Origin: an uncultured Planctomycetaceae bacterium
GTDB lineage: Bacteria > Planctomycetota > Planctomycetia > Isosphaerales > Isosphaeraceae
NCBI GenBank assembly: GCA_963833985.1
Contig: CAWIAD010000001.1
Coordinates: forward strand, 3,168,001 to 3,232,000
Direction of reading: 5' to 3'
Length of the DNA stretch: 64,000 nt
Within the stretch, counting starts at the first letter, position 1. Each line of letters begins with the position of its first letter. Shown here piece by piece: positions 31,742 through 42,009 of this stretch. The notes under the pieces are model-generated. The model was not told where the DNA came from. It ran no database searches and saw only the letters and a list, made by a program, of their open reading frames with translations. A program made the position numbers and the translations under genes.

Positions 31742-32455
31742 TCAGCCCTTCACTTTCCCGCTTTTGTCCTTCTCGGTCTTCTCTTCCTTGTTGCCCGACT
31801 CATGCGAGCTGGAACTCTCCTCGTGCTGGCCTTCCTCGTGCACGATCATGATCGAACGAGCTTCCCCGCGCATCATGCGGTGCCGGCCGTGCCGCGTGTC
31901 GCCGGTTTGCGCCTGCGACGCCTGGACGGGCGTGTACTCGATCTCGACCCGATCGCCGATCTCGAGCCGAGCCAGGTCGCACTTCTTCTTGCTTTCGCCC
32001 TGGCACTCGCAGACCTCGGTGTCGCGAGAGACGCCGATCATGTAGATGTTCGCGGAGCGGCCGGACTTCTCGCCTGACTCATGTTTTGCTTCTCCCGACC
32101 GCTTCTCATTGCCGGAGGTTTGCCGCACCTCCTTGTCTTGCTTTGCTGAGCCCTGCGCCTGGCTGCCGGAGCCGTGCTCCTGCTGCTCTTGGCGGGCTTG
32201 CTCGCCACCCGGCACGTGATGCTTGGGGTGGCCGACGATCGTCAGGAAGTCCTTCTCGGCGGTGACTGCGCGGTGCGACTCGTAGTCGACCATCGTCTCG
32301 CCCACGACCGTCACCCCGGCGACCACACCCTGGATGGTCTTGTGCTCGCCAGATTGTTCTTCACCGCTCTTCTTGTGGTCCTCGGTCCCGGCCAGCGCAT
32401 AAGGGCTGGCCAGCAGGCCCAGGGAAAGGACGGCCGTGATGGCTGCTGCGTTCAT
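31742..32455 (-). CDS. Secreted hydrophilic hypothetical protein
   Basis: GAGGAG RBS, signal peptide, charged low-complexity regions and LEIGDRVEIEY (OB-fold-like). Confidence 0.7.
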   Translation of the reverse strand: MNAAAITAVLSLGLLASPYALAGTEDHKKSGEEQSGEHKTIQGVVAGVTVVGETMVDYESHRAVTAEKDFLTIVGHPKHHVPGGEQARQEQQEHGSGSQAQGSAKQDKEVRQTSGNEKRSGEAKHESGEKSGRSANIYMIGVSRDTEVCECQGESKKKCDLARLEIGDRVEIEYTPVQASQAQTGDTRHGRHRMMRGEARSIMIVHEEGQHEESSSSHESGNKEEKTEKDKSGKVKG

Positions 32456-32582
32456 ACGTCGTCTCCTCATTGTTGAAGGTTGTTCGAGTGGATCGGACAA
32501 GGCACGAAATGCGGCACCGGCGGCGATCGGTTGATCGATCCGTCGCTCTGCGCAAGCGGCGCCGGGCAATGGCTGGTTCAAG

Positions 32583-32852
32583 CTACACGGAGACGCGTGA
32601 CCGTGTGCCGAACCAGCCCATGGCCAGGAGGATCACCGCCCCGAGCGTAGCCAGGATCCAGCCCCCGGGCTCGTAGGGAGACGTACCCAGCTTCAGAACG
32701 TACGCGATGCCTCCGCCCACAAGGGAGCCAAGCACGCCCAGCACGATCGTGGCCACCCATCCCATGGCATCACTACCGGGATGGATAAGCCGAGCAAGAA
32801 AGCCGGCGATCAAGCCAAGGACGACCCAACCAATCAAAGAACCGATCATCAC
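32583..32852 (-). CDS. GlsB/YeaQ/YmgE (transglycosylase-associated) stress membrane protein
   Basis: GWVVLGLIAGFLAR...TIVLGVLGSLVGG...ATLGAVILL; GGAGG RBS. Confidence 0.92.
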   Translation of the reverse strand: MMIGSLIGWVVLGLIAGFLARLIHPGSDAMGWVATIVLGVLGSLVGGGIAYVLKLGTSPYEPGGWILATLGAVILLAMGWFGTRSRVSV

Positions 32853-33129
32853 TACCTCCTCGGATTCTTGTTCCGGACCGGACCTCCGCCAGGATGCGGT
32901 CCGCCGGTCGCTGACGTGTCAGGGACCGTGGTCCCCGTTTGACGATCGCGGCACATCGCGCGCCGGGGCTTTCCTGCCGGGGAGAAATCGGCAAGATCTT
33001 CCTGAGAAAGCTCGTAAAAGCCGGTGCATGGAAGAGCCAGCTTCCCATACAATCTGGTTTTTGCGCACAGAGTGCGAAGGAGCGCCGAGTCGGGCGCCCG
33101 GGGAAGCGGTGGAGAAGAGGCGGCAAGCG

Positions 33130-34356
33130 ATGGAGCATCTTGAGGTATCCCACCTGTTTGCCATGCTCGCGATCATGCTGGGCGCAGCCAAGCTCGGTGG
33201 CGCCCTGGCTCAGAAGGTGGGCCAGCCCGCTGTCCTGGGAGAGCTGGTGGCTGGGGTGATTGTGGGTCAGTCCGGGCTCCGGCTCGTGCATCCCGGGTAC
33301 GAAACGATCCACATGCTTTCCGAGCTTGGCGTATTCCTCCTGCTTCTGGCGATCGGCCTGGAGACCGACCTGAGGATGCTGGCCCGGGTGGGAGCGACGT
33401 CCCTGTCCGTGGCGGTCGTGGGAGTGATCCTGCCCTTCGGGCTGGGGTACGTGGCCTGCCGGCTGCTGGGTCTTGCCGAGCTGGAGGCGATCATGGCGGG
33501 GGCGACCCTGACCGCGACGAGCGTGGGGATCACCGCGCGGGTGCTGGCTGATCTGGGACGCCTCCACGACCTGGAAGGACAGATCATCCTGGGTGCCGCG
33601 GTGCTCGACGACGTTTTCGGCCTGGTGATTCTCACCGTGGTGGCCGGATTGACCCGGGGTGACTCCGTCACTTTGCTTTCGGTGGTGACCACCGCTGCGA
33701 TCGCGTTCGGGTTTCTGGCCGGAGTCATGCTGGTTGGAACGTATCTCGCCCCCTGGATCAGTTGGGCCGCCGGCGGGATCGACCTTCCCGGTACACCGAC
33801 CATCCTGGCTCTCATCGCGGCACTGGCGCTGGCCTGGCTGGCCGCACGCCTTGGTTCCGCGACCATTCTGGGGGCTTTCGCCGCCGGAATGCTGCTGGCC
33901 CCGCTGCCGCGTGCCGGCGAGATCGAAAAAGGAGTGACCGCACTCGGGCACTTCTTCGTTCCTCTCTTCTTCATCACGGTCGGCGCCTCGGTGGACCTGC
34001 GTTCGCTCAATCCCGCGACCCCGGATGGACGATGGGCACTGCTGGTGGGGACTGTTTTGTGTCTCAGCGGCATTCTTGGCAAGCTGTTTGCAGGCTATTC
34101 GCCTTTCTGGTTCAAGGGCAACAAGACTGTGATCGGGGTGGGCATGATTCCGCGGGGCGAGGTTGGGCTGATCTTTGCCCAGATGGGGCTTTCCACGGGG
34201 GTATTCTCCAAGGGATTGTTCGCCGGGGCCACGCTCATGGTGCTTGTGACCACGTTCCTGGCCCCGCCGCTCCTGAAGGGGCTGCTCACGGTTCGGGGCT
34301 CAAGGCGAATCGCCGGGCCAGCGGAGGCGATCGAAGATCTGGTGACCGAAGCATGA
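33130..34356 (+). CDS. Cation:proton antiporter (CPA2, NapA/KefB-like)
   Basis: GQPAVLGEL, IGLETD, TATSVGIT, AAVLDD and GMIPRGEVGL motifs. Confidence 0.92.
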   Translation: MEHLEVSHLFAMLAIMLGAAKLGGALAQKVGQPAVLGELVAGVIVGQSGLRLVHPGYETIHMLSELGVFLLLLAIGLETDLRMLARVGATSLSVAVVGVILPFGLGYVACRLLGLAELEAIMAGATLTATSVGITARVLADLGRLHDLEGQIILGAAVLDDVFGLVILTVVAGLTRGDSVTLLSVVTTAAIAFGFLAGVMLVGTYLAPWISWAAGGIDLPGTPTILALIAALALAWLAARLGSATILGAFAAGMLLAPLPRAGEIEKGVTALGHFFVPLFFITVGASVDLRSLNPATPDGRWALLVGTVLCLSGILGKLFAGYSPFWFKGNKTVIGVGMIPRGEVGLIFAQMGLSTGVFSKGLFAGATLMVLVTTFLAPPLLKGLLTVRGSRRIAGPAEAIEDLVTEA

Positions 34357-34551
34357 ACGATCCGCGGTTTGCAAGGGCCATGTCGCCCACTCAGGAGTGA
34401 ACGCGGACCGGCGAAGTGCAGATGCGCTGACAGAAGCGAGAGTGGCACGTTCATCCATTGGCGCTGAGACTCCAGGCTCCGGGGGCGACGTAGGTACAGC
34501 CCCGGCTCTTCGAGCGGTACGGATCAGGTTTTACCGGGGTATCGACCGACC

Positions 34552-36036
34552 ATGTGGACTGAGGCTGCGCTTCATTCCCTGATTGCCGGCAAGCTGAACG
34601 GCCAGCAGATCATCGTGGTGGCCAATCGAGAGCCGTACCAGCACCGGTTTGCCGGCGATGCCATTGAGTGCATCCGGCCAGCCAGCGGCATGGCGGCTGC
34701 ACTTGATCCGGTGATGCGGGCCTCGGGAGGGGTCTGGGTGGCGCATGGCTCGGGCGATGCCGACCGGCTGACCGTTGACGAGCACGACCACGTCGGAGTT
34801 CCGCCGGAGAAGCCTGCTTACACGCTGCGACGACTCTGGCTCAGCAAGCAGCAGGAGGAAGAGTACTATCACGGCCTCGCCAACGAGGGTCTCTGGCCGC
34901 TCTGCCATATCACATTCACCAGGCCCACATTCCGGGCCAGCCAGTGGCAGACGTACTGCCAGGTCAATGCCCTGTTTGCAGACGCCGTGGTGGAAGAAGC
35001 CGGAGACGAGCCGGCCCTCATTTTCATCCAGGACTATCATTTCGCCATGCTGCCGCGGTATCTCAAGGACCGGAACCCGAAGTTGATCGTGGCACAGTTC
35101 TGGCATATTCCCTGGCCCAACCCCGAGACCTTCCGGGTTTTCCCCTGGACCGAGGAACTGCTCGACGGGCTTCTGGGCAACGACTTGCTCGGATTTCATC
35201 TGCGGTATCATTGCCAGAACTTCGTGACGACCGTGGAACGCACGCTGGAGGCCCGGATCGACCAGGAGACGCTCGAGGTGATCCGGGGAGGCCGGTCCAC
35301 GCTGGTGCGGCCCTTTCCGATCAGCATCGACTTCGAGGCCCACCAGGCGCTTGCCGCCAGCCCTGCTGTCGAGGTCGCGATGCAGCAGTTCCGTACCCGG
35401 TATCAGCTCGAGGGCAAGATCCTCGGCGTGGGCATGGAGCGGATCGACTACACCAAGGGAATTCCAGAACGCATCAGGGCGATCGATCAGTTCCTCGAAC
35501 AGAACCCCGCGTACCGCGAGCGGCTGGTGTTCTTCCAGGTCGGCGTGCCGAGCCGCCAGCTCGTGCCGCAGTACCAGGCCATCGACATCGAAATCGACCG
35601 GCTCGTCGAGCGGCTGAACTGGAAATGGAGCCAGGGCCGCTGGCGCCCCTTGCTCTACCTCAAGCGAAACTTCAACCCGGTCGAGATGATGTCGCTGCAT
35701 CGCCTGGCACGGTTCTGCGTGGTCAGCTCGCTGCACGACGGCATGAACCTGGTGGCGAAGGAGTTCGTGGCCAGCCGCCTCGACCAGGAAGGCGTTCTTC
35801 TCCTCTCACAATTCACCGGCTCCTCCCGGGAGCTGGCGGAATCGGTACAGTTCAATCCGTTCGCGATCGACGAACTCGCCTCGGCGATCCTTCAGGCCGT
35901 GGAGATGGACCCGGCCGAGCAGAAGCGGCGGATGCAGCGGATGCAACAGACCGTGAAGGAAAACAACGTTTACCGCTGGGCGGGGAAGATCCTCTCCACC
36001 TTGCTCAGCTTCGACCTTCCAGACGCGACTGAATGA
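34552..36036 (+). CDS. otsA: Trehalose-6-phosphate synthase (GT20)
   Basis: VVANREP, LWPLCH, IQDYH, FWHIPWP, RIDYTKG and DGMNLVAKE motifs. Confidence 0.93.
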   Translation: MWTEAALHSLIAGKLNGQQIIVVANREPYQHRFAGDAIECIRPASGMAAALDPVMRASGGVWVAHGSGDADRLTVDEHDHVGVPPEKPAYTLRRLWLSKQQEEEYYHGLANEGLWPLCHITFTRPTFRASQWQTYCQVNALFADAVVEEAGDEPALIFIQDYHFAMLPRYLKDRNPKLIVAQFWHIPWPNPETFRVFPWTEELLDGLLGNDLLGFHLRYHCQNFVTTVERTLEARIDQETLEVIRGGRSTLVRPFPISIDFEAHQALAASPAVEVAMQQFRTRYQLEGKILGVGMERIDYTKGIPERIRAIDQFLEQNPAYRERLVFFQVGVPSRQLVPQYQAIDIEIDRLVERLNWKWSQGRWRPLLYLKRNFNPVEMMSLHRLARFCVVSSLHDGMNLVAKEFVASRLDQEGVLLLSQFTGSSRELAESVQFNPFAIDELASAILQAVEMDPAEQKRRMQRMQQTVKENNVYRWAGKILSTLLSFDLPDATE

Positions 36037-36965
36037 TCGGAACATTCGATATGCCGCTTCTCCTTGACGACCATCGCAGCGACATCGAGGCACGGGTCAA
36101 CGGCGCCTCGAGCCTGGTTCTTTACCTGGACTTCGACGGCACCCTTGCCCCCATCGTCGCCGAGCCGGAAGAGGCTCGGATGACCACGAAAACGCGAGCG
36201 ATCCTCGAAGAGCTTGCCTTGCTCGAGGGGATCCTCGTATGCGTGATCAGCGGACGCTCCCTGGCGGATCTGAAAAGCCGCGTGGGTCTCTCCGGCGTGG
36301 TCTACAGCGGCAACCATGGCCTGGAAATCGAGGGTGGCCCGCTGCGCTTCTTGCACCCCGAGGCGGGGCGCAGCCGCGCCGCGGTCGAAGCCTTCAGTAA
36401 CAAGGTGGCCGGCCTTCCCTTGCTCATCCCCGGCGTCCAGATTGATCTGAAAGGCCTCACCACCACGATCCACTACCGCCGAGCTGAGCCGGAAGCCCGC
36501 GCGCAGATCGAATCGATCGTGCACCTGATCGCGCCGCCGGACCACCCCGACCTGGCGATCTTCGAGGGAAAGATGAACTTCGAGGTCCGTCCCCGGCTCG
36601 ACTGGAACAAGGGCTCGGCCGTGCGCTGGATCCAGGACCGCATCAAGGACCGAACCGCGCTGGCCTTCGTTGCGGGCGACGACCGAACGGACGAGGACGC
36701 CTTCCCCGCACTGCCGGAGGCGATCACCATCCACGTCGGCCCGGGCGACTCCAGCTCCGCCCGCTATCGCGTTCCCGAGCAGGCCGACCTCGAAGTTTTC
36801 CTGGGATGGCTACTGGAGCTCTGGAAGGACCGGTTCGACAGTACCGCGATGAGCAGCCGGGCCACCATCGGCAGCCCGTCTCTGGCACTCAAGGAGTCGT
36901 CGCCAATACTCAATGTGCGGCTCCGCCGTGCCGCCGTGGACCGGCGTCGCCAGGCGTCGCAATGA
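36033..36965 (+). CDS. otsB: Trehalose-6-phosphate phosphatase
   Basis: LDFDGTLAPI, ISGR, GNHGLE, WNKG and GDDRTDEDAF motifs; the start overlaps the otsA stop. Confidence 0.93.
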   Translation: MIGTFDMPLLLDDHRSDIEARVNGASSLVLYLDFDGTLAPIVAEPEEARMTTKTRAILEELALLEGILVCVISGRSLADLKSRVGLSGVVYSGNHGLEIEGGPLRFLHPEAGRSRAAVEAFSNKVAGLPLLIPGVQIDLKGLTTTIHYRRAEPEARAQIESIVHLIAPPDHPDLAIFEGKMNFEVRPRLDWNKGSAVRWIQDRIKDRTALAFVAGDDRTDEDAFPALPEAITIHVGPGDSSSARYRVPEQADLEVFLGWLLELWKDRFDSTAMSSRATIGSPSLALKESSPILNVRLRRAAVDRRRQASQ

Positions 36966-37046
36966 CCCCGCACAAGCCAGCGGCGCGGGCCGGCCCGGTC
37001 GAGTCGAGGCATGGAATGGTGCGTGCCTCGCCCTCTGCCCGAGCGT

Positions 37047-38507
37047 TCACAGGAGCGGCGAGAACAGCCGGACGATGTTCTCAGCCAGTTCGCGCGTCCA
37101 CCCCGGCCTGGGCAGCTCGCGCAGGCAGTCCTCCTGGAGCCTTAGCGCCCACGCGGAGACGTCCTGCACCTGCTCACGACTGAAGAGAAACAGCGCCACC
37201 TCGTAATTCAAAAACAGGCTGCGGTTGTCCATGTTCGCCGAGCCGATGACGGTGAGTTGATCGTCGAAGATCACCGCCTTGGCGTGGAGCATGGCCGCCT
37301 GATAGAGCAGTACCTGGCCGCCAGCCTCGTGCAGTTCCCGGAGGTAGCTCTCGCGCGCCAGGTCCGCAGTGAGGTGATTGGAACGTGCCGGCACAATCAG
37401 GCGTACGTCCACTCCGCGCCGCGCCGCGAGGTTCAGGGCATGCGCCAGCATTTCATTGGGCACGAAGTACGGAGTGACGATCCAGATCCGTTCACGGGCG
37501 GAGAAGAACGTGGAAACGAGGGTCTCGTAGAGCGGGTCGTCAGCCACATCTGGCCCGCTGGCGACGACCTGCACCATGCTTCCACCGGGCGGCGAGGCCG
37601 CCTGCTCTTCCTGGGAAGGATCGGTCGATACGCGCTGCGGGGATGTGGGCCGAGCCTTGAGATGCTCACCGGTGGCAAACTCCCAGTCGGAGAAGAAGAG
37701 CGACTCCAGGTCCGTCACGGCCGGCCCGTGTACGACGGCCGAGAGGTCTCGCCAGTAGCCGTGGTCCGTGATCGGGCCCATGTACGAGCGGGCCAGGTTC
37801 ATACCACCGGCAAGGGCAATCTCACCATCCACGACCACGACCTTGCGGTGATTGCGCAGATTGGCCCGCCCCCGGAAGGGGATGTGCAGTACCGGCATGA
37901 AGAAGGCGATCCGCGCACCTTGCTCCACCAGCGGCGCCAGGTACCTGCGGCCGATGCGCCAGGAGCCCACCGAGTCAAGCAGCAGGCGGACCGAGACGCC
38001 GCCGGCGGCCTTGCGTGCCAGCAACGCGATGAGCGTGTCGCCGACGTCCCCCCGGCCCAGGATGTAAGTGGTGATGTGGATAGTGCCTCGAGCCTCGTTG
38101 ATGATTCGGCAGAGCCGCTCGAAGGCTTCCACACCCTCCGTGAGCAGTTCCACGCGATTGCCCTGCCGTGCGGGGGGAACACCATAGGAGAGCAGGAATC
38201 GCTCGGTATCACTGTCGAACTGACTGGTGGGCCTGGGCTGCGTCCGGTCGTAAACCTGGGCCTTCTGCCGGGCCATCCGGATCATCTTGCGGCCGCCGAA
38301 CATCAGATAGAGCGGCACGCCCAGGTAGGGCAGGAAGAGCACCAGGAGCAGCCAGGCCAGTGTGCTCGCCGGCGAGCGTTTCTGCTGGATCAGATAGGCA
38401 AGAAACACCAGTGCCAGGAGAAACCCGATGTGGGTGGTCAGCTCCGGCAGCAGCCAGTAGTCGGACGATCGGAAGAATTCGGACACGGCCTGGAAGGCTC
38501 CGGTCAC
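37047..38507 (-). CDS. cls: Cardiolipin synthase (PLD family)
   Basis: Two N-terminal TM helices (PLDc_N) and two HKD motifs, NHRKVVVVD and HAKAVIFD. Confidence 0.88.
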   Translation of the reverse strand: MTGAFQAVSEFFRSSDYWLLPELTTHIGFLLALVFLAYLIQQKRSPASTLAWLLLVLFLPYLGVPLYLMFGGRKMIRMARQKAQVYDRTQPRPTSQFDSDTERFLLSYGVPPARQGNRVELLTEGVEAFERLCRIINEARGTIHITTYILGRGDVGDTLIALLARKAAGGVSVRLLLDSVGSWRIGRRYLAPLVEQGARIAFFMPVLHIPFRGRANLRNHRKVVVVDGEIALAGGMNLARSYMGPITDHGYWRDLSAVVHGPAVTDLESLFFSDWEFATGEHLKARPTSPQRVSTDPSQEEQAASPPGGSMVQVVASGPDVADDPLYETLVSTFFSARERIWIVTPYFVPNEMLAHALNLAARRGVDVRLIVPARSNHLTADLARESYLRELHEAGGQVLLYQAAMLHAKAVIFDDQLTVIGSANMDNRSLFLNYEVALFLFSREQVQDVSAWALRLQEDCLRELPRPGWTRELAENIVRLFSPLL

Positions 38508-38763
38508 CGCGACCCTGCGTACGTCGAGATTGTCCAGCCACCCATCGGCGGATGGATCGCGAACCCGTGAGTGGACGAGGATGACCCCCGGCAGGCAGAC
38601 CAGCGCAAGATCTCACCGCAGCGCAAAGCGGGCCGGGTCGAGTTCACGGTGCACACCAGTATCAGTTTCAGGGACGGCGAATGCAACGTGGCTCGCCAAG
38701 GGAAGGACCCGGGCCGGCGCGCGGATTGCTTGTGGCAACCTGCAATCCGGCACCGGAGCCCGA

Positions 38764-40842
38764 TCAGACACCGTGATATGTCGAGTAAAAGCTGGAAAAG
38801 TTGTTGTCAAATACGAAATTCGTGAACGAGATGGTAATGGACGTCTCGACGCCTTCAACATAGTGCAGGCAGCCGATCGGCAGGAAGAGGATCTCCCCCG
38901 CGCTGAGGATGCACTCGAGGATCTGGGGGTCCTCGGCCGCCGGGCGCGGATTGGCGGGCTGCACCCTGCCATCCACCCGGCAGAATACGTGGTAGTCGTT
39001 ATTCATCAAAGGCATGTCCCAGGACGGGGCGATCTTCACGCGCTTGCGGCCGAGAACCTGGGCCATAAGATTGTTGGTCAGATCGTGATGGAAGGGCGTG
39101 ATGGTTCCTGGCGGCCCCATCCAGAAGAATCCACCGAACCGGTCGGACGTATCCAGGTACTCGGGTACCTGGATGATGTCGTCCCAGAGTTCCGGCAGTG
39201 CCCGCTTGTTGTTGGAATTATTGTTGGCAGTGAGGTAGAAGTCGTTCGTGCCGTTCGATGAGCGAATCATGTCGATGAACCGGGCGAACGTGATCCTGGA
39301 GATGAATTTCTCGCGTTCACGCTCGTAATTGGCCCCGGAGTTCCGGCCCATCTGCACCTCGATCTCGCGCTCACCAAATTTCTCCTGGAAGAACTCAAGG
39401 TTCCATTTCCGCAGGGCCGGCCATTCATCCATCATTCCTGATATAATCACCGGCCGGTTAGTGCAGTAGTAATCACGCAAGAACTCCTCGCGCGTCAGCT
39501 TGTGCCGTCGGTCGATGTCTCCGGAACGGGGATGAAGCCTGTTGATCTTGCGATAGCATGAGAGAATCCAGTTCCGCTTCTTGAGCCGATTGCGGAGCAG
39601 TTCGGCACCCTTGAGGTACGGGCTCTGGAGCGCGTGCTCGATTTCCCGGGCGGCCTCATCACGGGCGATACCGGCACCTACCATGGCCTCGAGCAGGGCC
39701 TCGGGAGTCCCATCGAGCATCAGGTTCTCGGCAATCCAGCGCCGCCAGTCATCATCCACGCGAACAGCCTCGCCGGCGGGCGGAACGGCCTGGGCCTCGT
39801 TCGCCGTGCTGGACGCGACCGGCATCGGCGCGGGCGCTTCGGCCATCCCGATGCGGTCCGTACGCGGTTCGACCGCTTCTAGCATGGTTGAGCGAGACAT
39901 GGTCGGATGCTCCAGTAATTGGTGATTGACGGGACAGGACGCCTGGGGATGTCCTGAGGCTCGCGGCAGCGGTCGGTCAAGGAGAGCGGTTGCCGTGGCG
40001 GATGCTGCCGTGACAGCAGAACGGCTTTCACCGCCGTCCGGGGCCTGACCGGCGAAACGAATCGCCGGGGGCTTGACCTTGGTCATGTGCACCGTTGGTG
40101 ATGCTTGCCCGAGGGCGTCGCGGCCGTGGAAATAGTCCTTTTGCCAGTCGTCCGGCTTGACCGCGCCTCGAGACTTGAGATCGTGGAAGCCCAGCCGGCC
40201 CTCGTTCCATGCCTGGTACGCCTTGTAGACCTCCGGGTCGTCGCCCAGCTTCTGGTAAATCACCGAGGCGGTTTCCAGGTCCGAGCAAACATTGCTGACA
40301 AGCGGAATGGCCTGGAACAATGGTTCTCCAGCATCGAACCTGACCGGCTGGCCCGGCACCATGACCTTCCAGTTCATCGTGAATGACATGCTCATCCAGT
40401 CGCTCTCGATGAGCGCGGTGAGCGGCTGCACGTACGCTTTGAAGTGATTCACAGGCCCGCAAACCAGCAGCCGTGATCCCTCTGGCTGAGTGCGGAAAAG
40501 GAACGGAGTGTTCCAGGTGATGACACCCGCGCCAAACTGGTTGTTGATCCAACCGCTCCACATTTCCGCCCCGGAATCGAACGTGAAATCGACGTTTCCG
40601 GGTTGCGGCATCCCCCGCCAGACCGCGGTGAAGCCCACCGGATTCTTGATCCACCAGCCGGTCTGATTGACGATTGATAGGGGCAGGCAACGGTAGGCGA
40701 AACGGTTTGGTGTTGCGTCCATCCAGTCGCGCTGGAGGTCCGCCCAGCCCCATTCCCATCCACTGCCATCCCTTCGGTTCTTCTTGAGCATCGCATCATC
40801 AACGATCTGGTAGATCTTCACTTCGAGTTGTGGCTTTGTCAT
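38764..40842 (-). CDS. Fusion of DUF6065-like domain, small helical domain and JmjC/cupin-like Fe(II)/2-oxoglutarate oxygenase
   Basis: RDWMDATPNRFAYRCLPL (DUF6065-like); WRRWIAENLM; RPVII..WPA..KW, FWMGP, TPFHHD, QVLGRK and GEILFLPIGCLHYV (HxD...H triad). Confidence 0.85.
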   Translation of the reverse strand: MTKPQLEVKIYQIVDDAMLKKNRRDGSGWEWGWADLQRDWMDATPNRFAYRCLPLSIVNQTGWWIKNPVGFTAVWRGMPQPGNVDFTFDSGAEMWSGWINNQFGAGVITWNTPFLFRTQPEGSRLLVCGPVNHFKAYVQPLTALIESDWMSMSFTMNWKVMVPGQPVRFDAGEPLFQAIPLVSNVCSDLETASVIYQKLGDDPEVYKAYQAWNEGRLGFHDLKSRGAVKPDDWQKDYFHGRDALGQASPTVHMTKVKPPAIRFAGQAPDGGESRSAVTAASATATALLDRPLPRASGHPQASCPVNHQLLEHPTMSRSTMLEAVEPRTDRIGMAEAPAPMPVASSTANEAQAVPPAGEAVRVDDDWRRWIAENLMLDGTPEALLEAMVGAGIARDEAAREIEHALQSPYLKGAELLRNRLKKRNWILSCYRKINRLHPRSGDIDRRHKLTREEFLRDYYCTNRPVIISGMMDEWPALRKWNLEFFQEKFGEREIEVQMGRNSGANYEREREKFISRITFARFIDMIRSSNGTNDFYLTANNNSNNKRALPELWDDIIQVPEYLDTSDRFGGFFWMGPPGTITPFHHDLTNNLMAQVLGRKRVKIAPSWDMPLMNNDYHVFCRVDGRVQPANPRPAAEDPQILECILSAGEILFLPIGCLHYVEGVETSITISFTNFVFDNNFSSFYSTYHGV

Positions 40843-41295
40843 GGGCGATGGCTCACTTACGTTCGGTTGTGAAAAAGGATCAGGGCACCCGAGAGAGGAA
40901 CGGTGTCGTGGCAATCGGCCCCGGCGTCGTCAGGTTCAGGTACGTGATCCAGGCGCTGCGGCCGGTCAGTCATCCCGGGGCCAGAGAGCGACCTGCGTGT
41001 AGGCGCAAGCATAACACTTCCGTAGCGTCGAGTGTCCAGTATTCTCGCCTCAGTGCGAGCATGTGCCAGTTCATGGCCTCGCCTCTCCGGCCGCCAAGCC
41101 AGGCAGGTCGAAACGAGATCGAACGTCAGCCGCGCAAGAGACGCGTCATTCATTCCCCCGGTCGGCCGCCCGAGAGAATCACCGTGCGGGCATCAGAAAA
41201 CCGCCCGGGCACTCCCGGCGAGGATGCCGGAAGTTGCCCTGAGCGGACCAGGTTGTCGTTGCCGAGTGCGTCCCTGTTCGAAGACCCAATCCCGG

Positions 41296-42009
41296 TCAGA
41301 AAGTGGGAGTTGGCGTCGGCGTCGGGGTCGGCGTCGGAGTCGGTGTGGGTGTTGGCGTCGGGGTTGGCGTCGGCGTTGGGGTCGGGGTCGGGGTTGGCGT
41401 GGGCGTCGGTGTGGGCGTGGGCGTCGGCGTCGGGCTAATGAAGCTCGATGCCTGGATGAACACCTGGGCAACCTGCTCGCGGCTCCAGCCGTGGCGCATC
41501 CGGTTCATCCACAGCGCCTCGTTCTGCGCTGTCGGAGTTTGACCGGCGACGTTGGTATAAAGAGAATCAATGAAGGACCTCGAAGGACCGTACAGGTCCA
41601 CTCCCAGCCCCAGCAGAAGATTCTGCCGCTCGCTGGAATTGAGCAATGCATTGTCGAATCGATTGATGTGCATACCCGAGCGCAAACGACCGACCCAGTA
41701 ATTGAGTTCCGGCTGCGACGGCGACCGTAGCAGGACATTGCCATACTCCGCCGTCACGTAGAGCGCCGCAGGGGAGTTCGGGTCGGCGTTCGTCGCCTGC
41801 AATGGCGAGACCCGCCTTGTTATGCTGGCCCGGATCAGAGGTTGAACGTGCGCCGCTTGCCGCACCCCCTCCGCATGGGCCCCGCTGAGCAACTGGCGGT
41901 CCTCAAGCTCAGTCAGCGATTGGCCCATGGACGGGCGGAACTTCCGCGGCGTCCGCTTTGTGGTGTCCTAGCCTGCCTCGCGCAGGACTTTTCGGATGTT
42001 GCGGAACAT
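41296..42009 (-). CDS. Exported protein with planctomycete N-terminal motif, DUF4214/S-layer-like helical repeats and a C-terminal (PT)22 tail; in-frame TAG at codon 14
   Basis: GAGGAGG RBS, then MFRNIRKVLREAG*DTTKRTPRKFRPSMGQSLTELEDRQLLS. YGNVLLRSP..ELNYWV and FIDSLYTNVAG repeats. A shorter open version starts at 41928. Confidence 0.75.
41302..41433 (-). repeat. Coding hexamer repeat, (Pro-Thr)22
   Basis: 132 nt of CCN-ACN codons with varied third positions. Confidence 0.97.

Noticed and set aside
34443..34460. Sigma-54 promoter TGGCACG upstream of otsA
   Set aside because: The -12 position reads TCCA rather than TTGC.
41303..41542. (Gly-Val)n ORF on the plus strand
   Set aside because: It is the mirror of the (Pro-Thr)22 tail on the coding minus strand.
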